Shown: positions 28,356-38,807 of the stretch, one piece after another
Position numbering within the stretch: the stretch's first letter is position 1
Layout: every line of letters starts with the position of its first letter
Assembly: GCA_038154685.1 (NCBI GenBank)
Contig: JAYPYW010000004.1
Span: 32,473-96,472, forward strand
DNA from: Flavobacteriales bacterium
Lineage (GTDB): Bacteria > Bacteroidota > Bacteroidia > Flavobacteriales_C > GCA-002722245
Reading direction: 5' to 3'
Length of the DNA stretch: 64,000 bases
The notes under the pieces: model-generated
Seen by the model: only the letters and a program-made list of their open reading frames with translations
The model's database searches: none
Told to the model about the DNA's origin: nothing
Translations under genes and position numbers: made by a program

Positions 28356-29129
28356 ATGAAAAAAATTATTGCCTCATTATTTGCTTTAGTTTTAGCATTA
28401 AACACATTTGGTCAGGATGCGTCAGCAGGACCAGAATTTAGAAAACACAGATTCGGATTAATAGGAACTCCTGGAGTTTCATACCTTGGAGTTAATAAGC
28501 CAGGAAGTCAAAATAGAGGGCTTGGTTACCACATTGCTGGAGGTTTAAATTATGAGTATTCTTTTAGTAGAAGTGTTGCAATTACTACTGGTTTATTGTT
28601 TGCACAAACAACTGGGAAAGTTGAATACTTGGATTCTTTAGGATTGAATTACAAAAGGACTGATCAGGGGATGACAACTGATGAAAAAGCGTACAGAATT
28701 CATGAAAGAAACTACGTTTTCAATTCAATTGATATTCCTTTGAAGTTTAAGTTTAGAACTCCAGAGATTGGATACATGACTTACTACGGAGAGTTTGGTA
28801 CAACAGCTAATATTCTTACAAGTGCATGGGCAAGAAAGAATTTAGTTACTCAAAATTTAGGAGACGGTAAGACGACTTTATCTGAAAATGAATCGAGTCT
28901 TGATGCAGGAGATGAAACAAGATTTTTCCGAATGGGAGTTAATTTTGGTGCTGGTGTAGAATGGAATGTTGCAGGAAATACATCGTTATTAATTGGTTTA
29001 AACGGAAACCTAGCTTACACGAATATTTTAAAGAAAGAGTCTGCTTCAATTGTATATGATAGTGGAACTACTTTTAAAAGAGCAACTAACTTGAACTACA
29101 TTGCTTTAATGTTAGGAGTTCAGTTTTAA
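28356..29129 (+). CDS. outer-membrane beta-barrel protein (porin-like)
   Basis: Signal peptide (MKKIIASLFALVLALNTFGQD), alternating amphipathic strands and an aromatic C-terminus (…LMLGVQF). Confidence 0.5.
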   Translation: MKKIIASLFALVLALNTFGQDASAGPEFRKHRFGLIGTPGVSYLGVNKPGSQNRGLGYHIAGGLNYEYSFSRSVAITTGLLFAQTTGKVEYLDSLGLNYKRTDQGMTTDEKAYRIHERNYVFNSIDIPLKFKFRTPEIGYMTYYGEFGTTANILTSAWARKNLVTQNLGDGKTTLSENESSLDAGDETRFFRMGVNFGAGVEWNVAGNTSLLIGLNGNLAYTNILKKESASIVYDSGTTFKRATNLNYIALMLGVQF

Positions 29130-29155
29130 AGAGAATCGAGAAGAGAGAATCGAGA

Positions 29156-29186
29156 AGAGAGTAGGGAGACTTACTCTCTTTTTTTG
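29156..29186 (+). terminator. rho-independent terminator nested in a larger inverted repeat
   Basis: agagagta/tactctct stem and then TTTTTTT. It is flanked by two tandem copies of agagaatcgagaag (29130-29157) and the inverted copy cttctcgattctct (29207-29220). Confidence 0.6.
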
Positions 29187-29250
29187 TGCGCTAAACTCAA
29201 TTCTCCCTTCTCGATTCTCTCTTCTCACTTCTTCAAATTATCTTTGTCTT

Positions 29251-30882
29251 ATGAAAATTGCAGTTGCTCAATTGAATTTCCATGTTGGGAATTTCGAATC
29301 CAATACTCAGAAAATTATTGCTAGTATAAATGAAGCCAAATCTCAAGGAGCAGAATTGGTTGTTTTTTCAGAGTTAGCTATCTGTGGATACCCACCTCGT
29401 GACTTTTTAGAGTTTAATGATTTTATTCAAACTTGCTTGGAGAGTATTGATAAAGTAGCTGCTGAGACTGAAGGAATAACAGCCATAGTTGGTAGCCCAA
29501 GTAAAAATGAAACAGGTCACGGGAAGCCGCTTTTTAATTCAGCTTTTGTTTTAGCTGAGGGGAAAGTTCAGCAAATTATTCATAAAACACTTTTACCTAC
29601 CTACGACATCTTTGATGAGTATAGGTATTTTGAACCTAACAGAGAATTTGAAGTTGTAGAAATTGCAGGGAAAAAGGTAGGAATTGCCATTTGTGAAGAT
29701 TTATGGAACGTTGGAGATAATCCTTTATATACCAAAACACCAGCTATTGAATTAAAAGATAAAGGAGCCGAATTAATTGTGAATATCGCTGCCTCTCCAT
29801 TCTCCTATCAGCAAGATGAGGAAAGGAAAGAAGTACTAAAAGAAAATGCTCAAAAAACTGATTTACCAATAGTTTATTGTAATCATGTTGGTGCGCAAAC
29901 TGAACTGATTTTCGATGGAGGTTCGTTTTTTATGGACGCTTCAGGAGATGTTGCCTCTCAAGAAAATTTCTTTGAGGAAAAGTTATTGATTTCAGAGTTG
30001 AAAGGTAAAGAATTTTCAAGCGGAGAATCTCAAACGGGGACTAAAATTGAATTAATCCATGACGCATTAGTTATGGGAATCAAGGATTATTTTAAAAAGT
30101 TAGGTTTCAAAAAGGCCATTGTTGGATTAAGTGGAGGGATTGATTCTGCCGTTACTTTTGCCCTAGCTGCAAGAGCTTTAGGATCTGAAAATGTTTACGG
30201 GATTTTAATGCCATCTCAATATTCTTCCGATCACTCGGTTGATGATGCTAAACAGTTAGCCGAAAACATAGGTGCTCCATATGAGGTTGTTGCGATCAAA
30301 GATATTTACGAGGCTTACGATGAAAAGCTTAAACCAATTTTTAAGGATTTACCTTTTGGATTAGCAGAAGAAAATCTACAAGCTAGAACTAGAGGGGTAG
30401 TGGTAATGGCTATTTCCAATAAGTTCGGACATATCGTTTTAAACACTTCTAATAAAAGTGAAGCGGCTGTTGGATACGGAACATTATACGGAGATATGTG
30501 TGGAGGTTTAGCTGTATTGGGAGATGTTTATAAAACAGAGGTTTTCGACCTAGCTAGGTACATTAATAAAGATGAAGAGGTAATTCCTGTTAATTCGATA
30601 ACTAAACCACCATCAGCAGAGTTAAGACCGGATCAAAAGGACTCGGACTCTCTTCCTGATTATGATGTCTTAGATAAAGTTTTATTCGAGTACATTGAAA
30701 ATAGGAAAGGACCAAGAGAACTGGTTGCAATGGGAATTGATGAAGCATTGGTTAACAGAGTGCTTAAAATGGTTAATATTAATGAATATAAGCGTTACCA
30801 AACACCTCCAATTTTAAGAGTAAGTCACAAAGCTTTTGGAATGGGAAGAAGGCTTCCTATTGTTGCAAAATATTTGTCTTAA
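29251..30882 (+). CDS. nadE: glutamine-dependent NAD+ synthetase (nitrilase domain plus NAD synthetase domain)
   Basis: N-terminal CN-hydrolase (MKIAVAQLNF…) and C-terminal PP-loop (GLSGGIDS). Confidence 0.9.
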   Translation: MKIAVAQLNFHVGNFESNTQKIIASINEAKSQGAELVVFSELAICGYPPRDFLEFNDFIQTCLESIDKVAAETEGITAIVGSPSKNETGHGKPLFNSAFVLAEGKVQQIIHKTLLPTYDIFDEYRYFEPNREFEVVEIAGKKVGIAICEDLWNVGDNPLYTKTPAIELKDKGAELIVNIAASPFSYQQDEERKEVLKENAQKTDLPIVYCNHVGAQTELIFDGGSFFMDASGDVASQENFFEEKLLISELKGKEFSSGESQTGTKIELIHDALVMGIKDYFKKLGFKKAIVGLSGGIDSAVTFALAARALGSENVYGILMPSQYSSDHSVDDAKQLAENIGAPYEVVAIKDIYEAYDEKLKPIFKDLPFGLAEENLQARTRGVVVMAISNKFGHIVLNTSNKSEAAVGYGTLYGDMCGGLAVLGDVYKTEVFDLARYINKDEEVIPVNSITKPPSAELRPDQKDSDSLPDYDVLDKVLFEYIENRKGPRELVAMGIDEALVNRVLKMVNINEYKRYQTPPILRVSHKAFGMGRRLPIVAKYLS

Positions 30883-31832
30883 TGAGAGGTAGAATAGTTC
30901 CAATATTACTATTTGGCTTTATCCATTTAGTCTTTATAATTGGGATAGTTTACCCTAAATGGGGTTGGTTTTCACTGATAGGTTTAATTCCCCTTCTTGG
31001 GTATTCTCAGTTCAGCAAAAATGAAATCAATTATAGTTTGAAAGAACATTTGATTTCGATTATTCTGTTTTTTGTGGGCTTTTTTATCACAAAAGTAATT
31101 GTGGTTTTTGGAGGAGTTTCTACAGTTTATGGTTCTGCGATTACAGGAGCGCTATTTGCTTTTACCAAGATTAAGTATCTCCCAAACTTATCAGCTTTAA
31201 TTTACGCAGGTTCCTTTGCTGCGATGCTTTTTGGTAAACCATTTAGTGATGTATGGGTAGTTGTATCAATTTGTTTGATTGGAGGGTCGATGTTCCATTT
31301 ATTGAAGGATAACTTTAATGGGTTAGGGGGTAAGCTAGGTTCTATTGGTTTCGGAGCTTTGATTGTTCCTTTGATTATTTTAGAATCATATTATTTCCCC
31401 ATAGGCTCAATAAAATTAGGATTTAGCACAAAGTATCAAACCGATAATTCAATTCGATTCTTTTTGATTTCTGTTGGGTCCTTGTTAGTGACAACTCTTG
31501 TTTATAAAATTCACAACTCTACAAAATGGAACGCTATTGCGGCTTCCTCTTTAGTTACAATTTTCACACTTTTAATTTTGGAGTTTATAGGAATGAATCT
31601 TCCTTCTTTGGCAGGTGCAGTATTTGGAGCATCCTTTGTAGGAATGTCATCAAAGGAAGTGTTGAAATTCCCGTTCTTAATTGTTAGTGCAGTTGTATTT
31701 GGTTTCGGCTTTTACTTAATGTACAGGTATCTTCAAGGGTTCGGCGGAACACTTGGAACAATTGCATGTTTAAGTTGTTTAACGGGTGTTTTAATTCAGA
31801 AAGCTTTCCAGAGCAAGTCTGTAAGAGTCTAA
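30882..31832 (+). CDS. polytopic membrane protein of unknown function
   Basis: 316 aa, almost entirely hydrophobic helices. Starts at the nadE stop codon. Confidence 0.4.
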   Translation: MRGRIVPILLFGFIHLVFIIGIVYPKWGWFSLIGLIPLLGYSQFSKNEINYSLKEHLISIILFFVGFFITKVIVVFGGVSTVYGSAITGALFAFTKIKYLPNLSALIYAGSFAAMLFGKPFSDVWVVVSICLIGGSMFHLLKDNFNGLGGKLGSIGFGALIVPLIILESYYFPIGSIKLGFSTKYQTDNSIRFFLISVGSLLVTTLVYKIHNSTKWNAIAASSLVTIFTLLILEFIGMNLPSLAGAVFGASFVGMSSKEVLKFPFLIVSAVVFGFGFYLMYRYLQGFGGTLGTIACLSCLTGVLIQKAFQSKSVRV

Positions 31833-32207
31833 TCCAAAACCTAAAATCACTCCTTTACAAACTGGGGAAATATATGAATGGTGTCTAAACTCCTCTCTTT
31901 GGTGTGTGTTCGAAATATGTACTTCAATTACTGGAGTTTCAATACCTGCAATGGCATCTCTTAAAGCAACAGAAGTATGAGTATATGCTCCAGCATTAAT
32001 CACAATTCCATCGTAACTGAATCCCACTTTGTGAATTTTATCAATTAATTCACCTTCTACATTGCTCTGGAAATATTCTAAATCTAATGAACTAAATTTC
32101 GATTTTAATTCTCCGAAATAATCCTCGAAAGTAGTTGAACCATAAACTTCAGGTTCGCGCTTTCCTAATAGATTTAAGTTGGGTCCGTTGATGATTAGAA
32201 TTTTCAT
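31791..32207 (-). CDS. aroQ: type II 3-dehydroquinate dehydratase
   Basis: [23 protein letters not shown]…[15 protein letters not shown]. Confidence 0.9.
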   Translation of the reverse strand: MKILIINGPNLNLLGKREPEVYGSTTFEDYFGELKSKFSSLDLEYFQSNVEGELIDKIHKVGFSYDGIVINAGAYTHTSVALRDAIAGIETPVIEVHISNTHQREEFRHHSYISPVCKGVILGFGLDSYRLALESFLN

Positions 32208-32306
32208 ATTTGCTAAAATATATAATAACTCACACAGATTAATATGATTAATACGATTAATTAAGTCTCAAAACATAATAATTGAGTTAATCTGTGTGAG
32301 TAAATT

Positions 32307-32759
32307 TTACTCTTTGTTTTTCGAATCGATATTGATTGTCACTGGCCCGTCGTTGATTAATGATACCTTCATGTCAGCGCCGAAAACTCCAGTTTGAATA
32401 GTTTTGCCTGTTTTTTGAGAAAGTTCAGCTACAAACTGATCACACATTTCTTTAGCGAAATTAGGTTCTCCCGATCGAGTGAAACTTGGTCGGTTACCTT
32501 TTTTCGTACTTGCGAATAATGTAAACTGACTAACAACCAAAACTTCTCCATCAACATCTATTAAACTCCGATTCATTGGAGCTTTGTCATCAGGGAAAAT
32601 TCTAAGCTTACTTATTTTTGCAGTTAGCCATTCAATATCTTTAGCTGTATCCTCGTCCTCAATTCCAAGTAAAACAAGTAAGCCTTTTTGAATTTCACCA
32701 ACAATACATCCATCAACCTTCACAGAAGCTTCTGAAACCCTTTGAATAGTTACTCTCAT
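32307..32759 (-). CDS. dtd: D-aminoacyl-tRNA deacylase
   Basis: MRVTIQRVSEASV… with the SQFTL motif, 150 aa. Confidence 0.9.
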   Translation of the reverse strand: MRVTIQRVSEASVKVDGCIVGEIQKGLLVLLGIEDEDTAKDIEWLTAKISKLRIFPDDKAPMNRSLIDVDGEVLVVSQFTLFASTKKGNRPSFTRSGEPNFAKEMCDQFVAELSQKTGKTIQTGVFGADMKVSLINDGPVTINIDSKNKE

Positions 32760-33685
32760 TATCTGTAATTTTCATCTTGATCGTTATTGTAAATACTTAG
32801 GTAGCTATTGTATCGCTCTGGTGCAATTTCTCCTTCTTCTAATGCTTCTTTAACGGCACATTTTGGTTCGTTGATGTGAACACAATTATTGAATTTGCAC
32901 TGATCTTTTAATCGCAAAAACTCAGGAAAATAATCCCCTAATTCTTCAGGTTCGATATCTACAACACCTAAACCTCTTATTCCCGGAGTATCAATTAGAT
33001 GTCCACCTTCAGGAAGGTCAAACATTTCCGCAAAAGTTGTGGTGTGAACACCTTGTTGGTGCATTTCAGAAATCTCTTTTACTGCGATATCTGAATTTGG
33101 CACTAAGGTTTTTAGCAAGCTGCTTTTTCCAACACCACTGTTTCCCGATAAAACAGTTGTTTTGTTTTTAAAGAGTTCCTTCACCTTATCAATATTAATT
33201 CCTTTTTCAACACTTATTGGAATAACAGGATAACCAGCGTCCTGATAAATCATATCCCAATCCGCTAATTGCTCCAAGTGTTTATCTTCATAAACGTCTA
33301 GTTTATTTACAAGGATGACAGCAGGGATATTATATGCAGTGACGGAAACCAAAAAACGATCGATAAATTCATTTAAGGTATCTGGCTGAGCAACTGTTGC
33401 AACTAAAACAGCTTGATCAACATTTGAAGCTAGAATGTGATATTGTTTGGAGAGGTTTACCGATTTTCGGATGAGGTAATTAGAACGGTCTTCTATTTTA
33501 GAAATAATACCAGTTTCCTTACCTTCTTCAATCTCATATTCTACAACATCACCAACAGAAACAGGATTGGTAACCTTAAGTCCTTTAATTCGGAACTTTC
33601 CTTTAAGGCGACATTCGATGAAGTTTCCATCATCTCCTTTAACCTTATACCAACTACCAGTTGATTTGTAAACCAATCCCTTCAT
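32759..33685 (-). CDS. rsgA: ribosome small-subunit-dependent GTPase A
   Basis: Circularly permuted GTPase (…NKLD…GNSGVGKSSLL) and C-terminal zinc knuckle (CKFNNCVHINEPKCAV). Confidence 0.9.
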   Translation of the reverse strand: MKGLVYKSTGSWYKVKGDDGNFIECRLKGKFRIKGLKVTNPVSVGDVVEYEIEEGKETGIISKIEDRSNYLIRKSVNLSKQYHILASNVDQAVLVATVAQPDTLNEFIDRFLVSVTAYNIPAVILVNKLDVYEDKHLEQLADWDMIYQDAGYPVIPISVEKGINIDKVKELFKNKTTVLSGNSGVGKSSLLKTLVPNSDIAVKEISEMHQQGVHTTTFAEMFDLPEGGHLIDTPGIRGLGVVDIEPEELGDYFPEFLRLKDQCKFNNCVHINEPKCAVKEALEEGEIAPERYNSYLSIYNNDQDENYR

Positions 33686-33760
33686 TAACGTAAAATTAAA
33701 TTATTTGAGTGACTACTCTATGTTTTGAGGTTATGTTATTGGAATGTTTCTTAAATTTAA

Positions 33761-34687
33761 ATGTCGGAATACTTTAATTATATGTCAGTTTCAGTAAAAG
33801 GAGTAACCAAATTATACGGAAAGCAAAAGGCTTTAAATAATGTTTCGTTTGAAATAGGAGCTGGTGAAGTAGTTGGTTTTTTAGGGCCAAATGGAGCTGG
33901 AAAGTCTACAATGATGAAGATTCTAACAGGATACATTACCCAAAGTGAAGGGGAGGTTTCGGTTTGCGGAATTGATGTATTGAACGACTCGATTTCATCC
34001 CGTGCTAAAATCGGGTATTTACCAGAGCACAATCCACTTTATTTAGATATGTATGTAAAGGAGTTCCTTTCTTTTATTGCTGATATTCATAAGTTAAAGA
34101 ATAAAGTAGAGCGAGTGGAAGAGATGATTGAATTAACTGGATTAACTCCGGAAAAATCAAAGAAGATCCGACAATTATCTAAGGGTTACCGACAAAGAGT
34201 TGGTTTAGCTGCAGCCATGATTCATGATCCTGAAGTTTTAATTTTAGATGAGCCAACAACAGGATTAGATCCTAATCAGTTGAAGGACATCCGACAGCTA
34301 ATTAAATCAATCGGACAACAGAAAACTATCATGCTTTCAACTCATATCATGCAAGAGGTTGAAGCTATTTGTGATCGTGCAATAATTATAAAGAAAGGAG
34401 AGATTGTAGCTGATAATAAAATTGATAGTTTACAGTCTGGAGGTTCAGAAGTTGTTATTGAGGTTGAGTTTGAAAAATCACTTGATAAAACTCTGTTAGA
34501 GAATATAAATCACGTTTCTAAAGTTGTTAAAATTAGTGATACTTCATTCGAAGTATTTATGGCTCATAGTAAGGATTTAAGGTCTCAAATATCCCAGTTG
34601 GCAATAGATAATGGGAACCTTGTACTAAGCATGCAAAAGCGTGAGCAAAAGATGGAAGATGTTTTCCAAGATCTAACTAAGGATTAA
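33761..34687 (+). CDS. gldA: ABC transporter ATP-binding protein, GldA-like (gliding-motility ABC ATPase family)
   Basis: Walker A (GPNGAGKST), signature (LSKGYRQR) and Walker B ([11 protein letters not shown]). The N-terminal region matches my recollection of F. johnsoniae GldA. The GldA assignment is tentative; the ABC ATPase call is firm. Confidence 0.5.
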   Translation: MSEYFNYMSVSVKGVTKLYGKQKALNNVSFEIGAGEVVGFLGPNGAGKSTMMKILTGYITQSEGEVSVCGIDVLNDSISSRAKIGYLPEHNPLYLDMYVKEFLSFIADIHKLKNKVERVEEMIELTGLTPEKSKKIRQLSKGYRQRVGLAAAMIHDPEVLILDEPTTGLDPNQLKDIRQLIKSIGQQKTIMLSTHIMQEVEAICDRAIIIKKGEIVADNKIDSLQSGGSEVVIEVEFEKSLDKTLLENINHVSKVVKISDTSFEVFMAHSKDLRSQISQLAIDNGNLVLSMQKREQKMEDVFQDLTKD

Positions 34688-34730
34688 TCCCTTTTATTCC
34701 CTACATTTGCCATCTCATAAATTTATAAGA

Positions 34731-35987
34731 ATGGCAAATTACTTATTTACTTCTGAGTCTGTCTCTGAAGGACACCCAGATAAAGTTGCAGATCAGATTT
34801 CTGATGCTTTAATCGATAACTTTTTAGCTTTTGATCCACAATCTAAAGTAGCTTGTGAAACATTAGTAACAACTGGACAAGTTGTTTTAGCTGGAGAGGT
34901 GAAGTCAAACACATATTTAGATGTACAAAAGATTGCTAGAGATGTAATCAATAAGATTGGTTATACGAAATCTGAGTACATGTTCGAAGCAAACTCTTGT
35001 GGTGTGCTTTCTGCAATTCATGAGCAATCAGCTGATATTAACCAAGGGGTTGATAGAGGTAATCCTGAAGAGCAAGGAGCTGGTGACCAAGGAATGATGT
35101 TTGGTTATGCTTCGAAAGAAACTGAAAACTACATGCCATTGGCATTAGATCTTTCTCATAAAATCTTAATTGAGCATGCCGAATTAAGAAGAGAAGGGAA
35201 GTTAATTCCTTACTTAAGACCAGATGCTAAATCTCAGGTAACGATTGAATATTCAGAGGATAATGTTCCTCTAAGAATTGATTCTATCGTATTGTCAACT
35301 CAGCATGATGATTTTGACACTGAGCCAGCAATGTTAGCGAAGATTAAAGAGGATGTAATTAATATTTTGATCCCTAGAGTTAAAGCTCAATTACCTGCCG
35401 ATCTTCAAGCGTTATTTAACGATGAGATTACTTACCATATTAACCCAACAGGAAAATTCGTAATTGGAGGACCTCATGGAGATACTGGTTTAACAGGAAG
35501 AAAAATTATTGTAGATACATACGGAGGTAAGGGAGCTCACGGAGGTGGTGCTTTCTCTGGAAAAGATCCATCAAAAGTAGATAGATCTGCAGCATATGCT
35601 ACTCGTCATATTGCTAAAAACTTAGTTGCAGCTGGTGTTTGTGATGAGGTTTTAGTTCAAGTTTCTTATGCAATTGGAGTTGTTGAGCCAATGGGTATTT
35701 TTATTAATACTTACGGTACAGCTAAAGTTGGATTAGATGATGGAGCTATTGCTAAGATTGTTGAGGAAGTATTTGATATGCGTCCTTATGCAATTGAAAC
35801 AAGATTGAAATTAAGGAATCCAATGTATTTAGAAACTGCTGCTTACGGACACATGGGACGTAAAAACGAAGTGGTTAAGAAAACTTTCGTTGGAGCTGAT
35901 GGTTCTGAGAAAACAATGGATGTAGAGTTGTTTACTTGGGAAAAGTTAGATTTCGTTGACAAAGTAAAAGCTGCTTTTAAATTATAA
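34731..35987 (+). CDS. metK: S-adenosylmethionine synthetase
   Basis: [22 protein letters not shown]…[19 protein letters not shown]. Start moved to MANYLF. Confidence 0.95.
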   Translation: MANYLFTSESVSEGHPDKVADQISDALIDNFLAFDPQSKVACETLVTTGQVVLAGEVKSNTYLDVQKIARDVINKIGYTKSEYMFEANSCGVLSAIHEQSADINQGVDRGNPEEQGAGDQGMMFGYASKETENYMPLALDLSHKILIEHAELRREGKLIPYLRPDAKSQVTIEYSEDNVPLRIDSIVLSTQHDDFDTEPAMLAKIKEDVINILIPRVKAQLPADLQALFNDEITYHINPTGKFVIGGPHGDTGLTGRKIIVDTYGGKGAHGGGAFSGKDPSKVDRSAAYATRHIAKNLVAAGVCDEVLVQVSYAIGVVEPMGIFINTYGTAKVGLDDGAIAKIVEEVFDMRPYAIETRLKLRNPMYLETAAYGHMGRKNEVVKKTFVGADGSEKTMDVELFTWEKLDFVDKVKAAFKL

Positions 35988-36010
35988 GAGTTAGCTTTTT
36001 AGATATTTGG

Positions 36011-36040
36011 ATCCCTCGGCTTTTGTCGGGGGATTTTTTG
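36011..36040 (+). terminator. rho-independent terminator of metK
   Basis: atccctcggc-tttt-gtcgggggat hairpin with two G·U pairs, followed by TTTTTTG. Confidence 0.6.
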
Positions 36041-36089
36041 TTTACAGTCGTCCGCGCCCTTAAACCTCGAAGCGATGCTTCTCCTCTAA

Positions 36090-36165
36090 ATTTCATTTGC
36101 TCAGGATTACTCCATCGCGGAAATCGTCACCCTGAGCGGAGTCGAAAGGCTATTAATCTGTTGAG
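36090..36165. repeat. dispersed palindromic intergenic repeat, copy A (with an insertion in the left arm)
   Basis: …gctcaggattactccatcgcggaaatcgtcaccctgagcggagtcgaaaggctattaat is about 90% identical over the right arm to copy B at 42990-43062. Confidence 0.65.
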
Positions 36166-36166
36166 C

Positions 36167-36976
36167 CTATCTAACGATGAAATTCTCCTTTGTTTGATCT
36201 TTCGAAAAGAAAACGAGTCCAACCCAGAAAATATCAACTGTAACCGTAACTGATGGATGCGACTTGATATAATCCCAAGCTTCCTCCATTCCTTTGCTCC
36301 AGTGGATGTCATCGAAGATGAAAATGGAGTTGTCATGTGCCTTTTCTAGGCATTTGTCAAAATATTCGATTGTAGGTTCCTTTTGGTGATTTCCATCGAA
36401 GAAAACATAATCTAATTGATCATAGGAATCCAAAACTTCGGGTAAAGTTTTAGCAAAATCGCCCACCTTAATTTTTATCTGATCGGCTTTGAAATTGGAG
36501 AAAACTTTTTGAGCTACTTTAGCCGTTTGAGGACAGCCCTCCATGGTTGTGAAGTTGGCCTTTTTGTTTGGTGCAATTTGATAACAAGCAGAAATACCCA
36601 GTGAAGTTCCTAGTTCAAGCATATTTTTTGGCTCAAACTTATTAATCAATCGGAACATCATTTGTCCTAAACCAGGGGCTTTGGCTGAATTTGAGGCAAC
36701 ATCAGAAATCTTTCTTTCATTGGATTTGTTGATGTTACTTCCAGCACCAAAGTCGGTAATTTTAATAGTGGAATTATTCTTCTTTAAAGCTGCTCTTAAA
36801 CCTTCAATTTCTTTAAAGGCATAATACTGTTGATCAGATTTTATAACCTCCTCAATCAGCTCGTTTACAAACGCAGAATTCGTTTTCGTTTTAGCCGAAA
36901 GCCAGTACTTGAAAAATCTTGCTGCAAATTGGAAACGTTTAAGCATGCTGCAAAGATAGATGATTTTAAATTTCAC
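36167..36976 (-). CDS. class I SAM-dependent methyltransferase
   Basis: Motif I (ITDFGAGSNIN), motif II region (LELGTSLG) and an acidic-loop motif (VFFDGNH). The 5' end overlaps repeat copy A, so the true start is probably internal. Confidence 0.65.
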   Translation of the reverse strand: MKFKIIYLCSMLKRFQFAARFFKYWLSAKTKTNSAFVNELIEEVIKSDQQYYAFKEIEGLRAALKKNNSTIKITDFGAGSNINKSNERKISDVASNSAKAPGLGQMMFRLINKFEPKNMLELGTSLGISACYQIAPNKKANFTTMEGCPQTAKVAQKVFSNFKADQIKIKVGDFAKTLPEVLDSYDQLDYVFFDGNHQKEPTIEYFDKCLEKAHDNSIFIFDDIHWSKGMEEAWDYIKSHPSVTVTVDIFWVGLVFFSKDQTKENFIVR

Positions 36977-37043
36977 GCAGAGTCTAAGGAATATAAAGAG
37001 TTTTGATGTTACAAACTCTTTTAACTCTTAATACTCTGTGTGC

Positions 37044-37068
37044 AAAAAAAGAGCCGCAAACGCGGCTC
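37044..37068 (-). terminator. rho-independent terminator downstream of the gldM-like gene
   Basis: Minus strand: gagccgcg-ttt-gcggctc followed by TTTTTTT. Confidence 0.65.
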
Positions 37069-37110
37069 CTCCTCCTAACATCATATCCTAAGATATGTCC
37101 TGACAATGTT

Positions 37111-38718
37111 TTATTTAATTGTTATTTTCTGACGGATTTTGTGAGTTATTTTGTCAGCGCCTTTGGCTTTAATTTCAATCTCTACACTATTTCCTTTTGA
37201 TAACCTTTTAATTTGATTGTATGTTGTTTGATCAATCTTTCCATTTCTAAGATTAATTGGAGAGCCCAATTCATTTCCTTTTTTTACCATTATTGTTGCA
37301 GATACAATTTTGGGTACAGAGGAAATTGGGAACGCTTTATCGTATATTGGTTTTGTACCAACTTGTAATAAAACTGTGGCTAGTGCATTTGCCGATGCTC
37401 GATCATGTTTTACTCCAGGAGTTTTTATAAATGGAATTGGTAATGAAGTACTCTTCCATGTTTGTTGAGATATAGTTTTCGTTTCCCCGTTAATTTTCGC
37501 GGCAACAGTTATGTTAAATCTTCCTCCTCTTGAGGGCACAAACACGTACTTTCCATTGCCTTTAGAAGATACTCTACAACCATTCCCTGCAGTAACAACC
37601 AAATCTTCCGATCTCATTCCAGGGGCTGAAACACTTATTTCATTATCCAATCCCATGTACATAATATTTAACTGATCTGAGGAAATTACAGCGCTTGGAG
37701 CAGCAACCGTAAAGTTATTAACGAAAGGATAGGTAAGGAATTCGCCCTTTCGTTTGGGGTTTGGATGGGGTACTTTCATGATTCCACCCCAAGCGTGATT
37801 TCCAGTTTCTTCAGCTTTTATTTTGAATTGTCCAATACCACCAGATACAGGTAAGTCTTTTGTTTCTCCAATAAACTTGATTTGTCCTGTTTTTCGGTAA
37901 TGAGCGGTGTCATAATCTCCTACTTTTACAATAGGTTCTGCAGTTGTATCCGAAGCAGCCAAAAAGATATTTGCCGAATATTCATCTCCTTGTAAAACAT
38001 AACCTGATTGAGCTATTGAAGTAGCAAGGATTTTATTCACCTTTAGTACATCCGCACTAATCTCTTCGTACATGTAGTTTAATGCTTGTGATTCTGCATT
38101 TCTTACATAACTCTGTAAGTTGGTTAAGTTTGCCGTTACAGCTGCTAGTGGTAAGTATTCACTAATTCCATTTTCCCAAGGACTTTTCACTCCTTCGTAA
38201 TCAACATGTGGAGGTGTCTCCAAAAGTTTATTAATCCCGTTAATCACAGAGGTATCTTGAGGATCAATTAAAGCCACTAAGTCAGCCTTATATTTTCCGA
38301 TATTGTTTTTTAAGGTTTCTCCGTGACCTTTAACAACAAGGTATTCTGCTCCAATATCCTGATTATCTTTTCCAATTGGTACACCATTTTCCTCATCGAT
38401 ACCTCCACCAATTTCGATGATATCGCTTTTGTATTTCTCTATCTCTTGAAATATTCGATTGGCAGCTTCAGCAATGATTTTAGCATTTTCGTTTGTTTTA
38501 ATTGCTGTTTTTGATCCAGTGGCTGCAGCCGTTGAGATTTTATCGTAAATAGTTTGGTTGGTATTGTTAAAGTTACTTGTAGTAACATCAATTCCGTCTT
38601 CCAAAAAGATGAATGCGTTTAATAAATCTTTCGATGCATTCATTGCCAACATAGCCAACAGGACAAGGTACATCATCCCTATCATTTGCTGGCGTGGGGT
38701 TTGTTTTCCTCCTGCCAT
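37111..38718 (-). CDS. gldM: GldM/PorM-like protein (T9SS/gliding motor-associated family); orphan copy lacking adjacent gldK/L/N
   Basis: N-terminus MAGGKQTPRQQMIGMMYLVLLAMLAMNASK closely matches the conserved GldM N-terminal TM segment (MAGGK..PRQKMINLMYLV…) as I recall it. 535 aa with a mostly periplasmic, beta-rich remainder. No gldL upstream and no gldN downstream. Confidence 0.55.
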   Translation of the reverse strand: MAGGKQTPRQQMIGMMYLVLLAMLAMNASKDLLNAFIFLEDGIDVTTSNFNNTNQTIYDKISTAAATGSKTAIKTNENAKIIAEAANRIFQEIEKYKSDIIEIGGGIDEENGVPIGKDNQDIGAEYLVVKGHGETLKNNIGKYKADLVALIDPQDTSVINGINKLLETPPHVDYEGVKSPWENGISEYLPLAAVTANLTNLQSYVRNAESQALNYMYEEISADVLKVNKILATSIAQSGYVLQGDEYSANIFLAASDTTAEPIVKVGDYDTAHYRKTGQIKFIGETKDLPVSGGIGQFKIKAEETGNHAWGGIMKVPHPNPKRKGEFLTYPFVNNFTVAAPSAVISSDQLNIMYMGLDNEISVSAPGMRSEDLVVTAGNGCRVSSKGNGKYVFVPSRGGRFNITVAAKINGETKTISQQTWKSTSLPIPFIKTPGVKHDRASANALATVLLQVGTKPIYDKAFPISSVPKIVSATIMVKKGNELGSPINLRNGKIDQTTYNQIKRLSKGNSVEIEIKAKGADKITHKIRQKITIK

Positions 38719-38807
38719 AATAACTGATTTTTAAATGATTAAAATTCAGCTTCAACATGAGCTCTATTGTTGACGCTTCAGTTATTAAATACAAGAAAAA
38801 ATAATGG

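Noticed and set aside
29130-29160. Possible CRISPR-like short repeats (agagaatcgagaag x2) and the heptamer repeats at 50121-50183
   Set aside because: Repeat units are 7-14 bp with at most 3 copies and no spacers of regular length, so they are not CRISPR arrays.
34688-34730. Expected SAM riboswitch upstream of metK
   Set aside because: Only about 43 nt separate the upstream ABC ATPase stop from the metK ATG. This is too short for any SAM riboswitch class, and no conserved helices were seen.
36023-36336. Two overlapping small ORFs (76 aa on plus, 69 aa on minus)
   Set aside because: Both are generated by the palindromic intergenic repeat (copy A), which is open in both orientations. The same is true of the 5' extension of the XRE/S24 ORF to 42982 over copy B.
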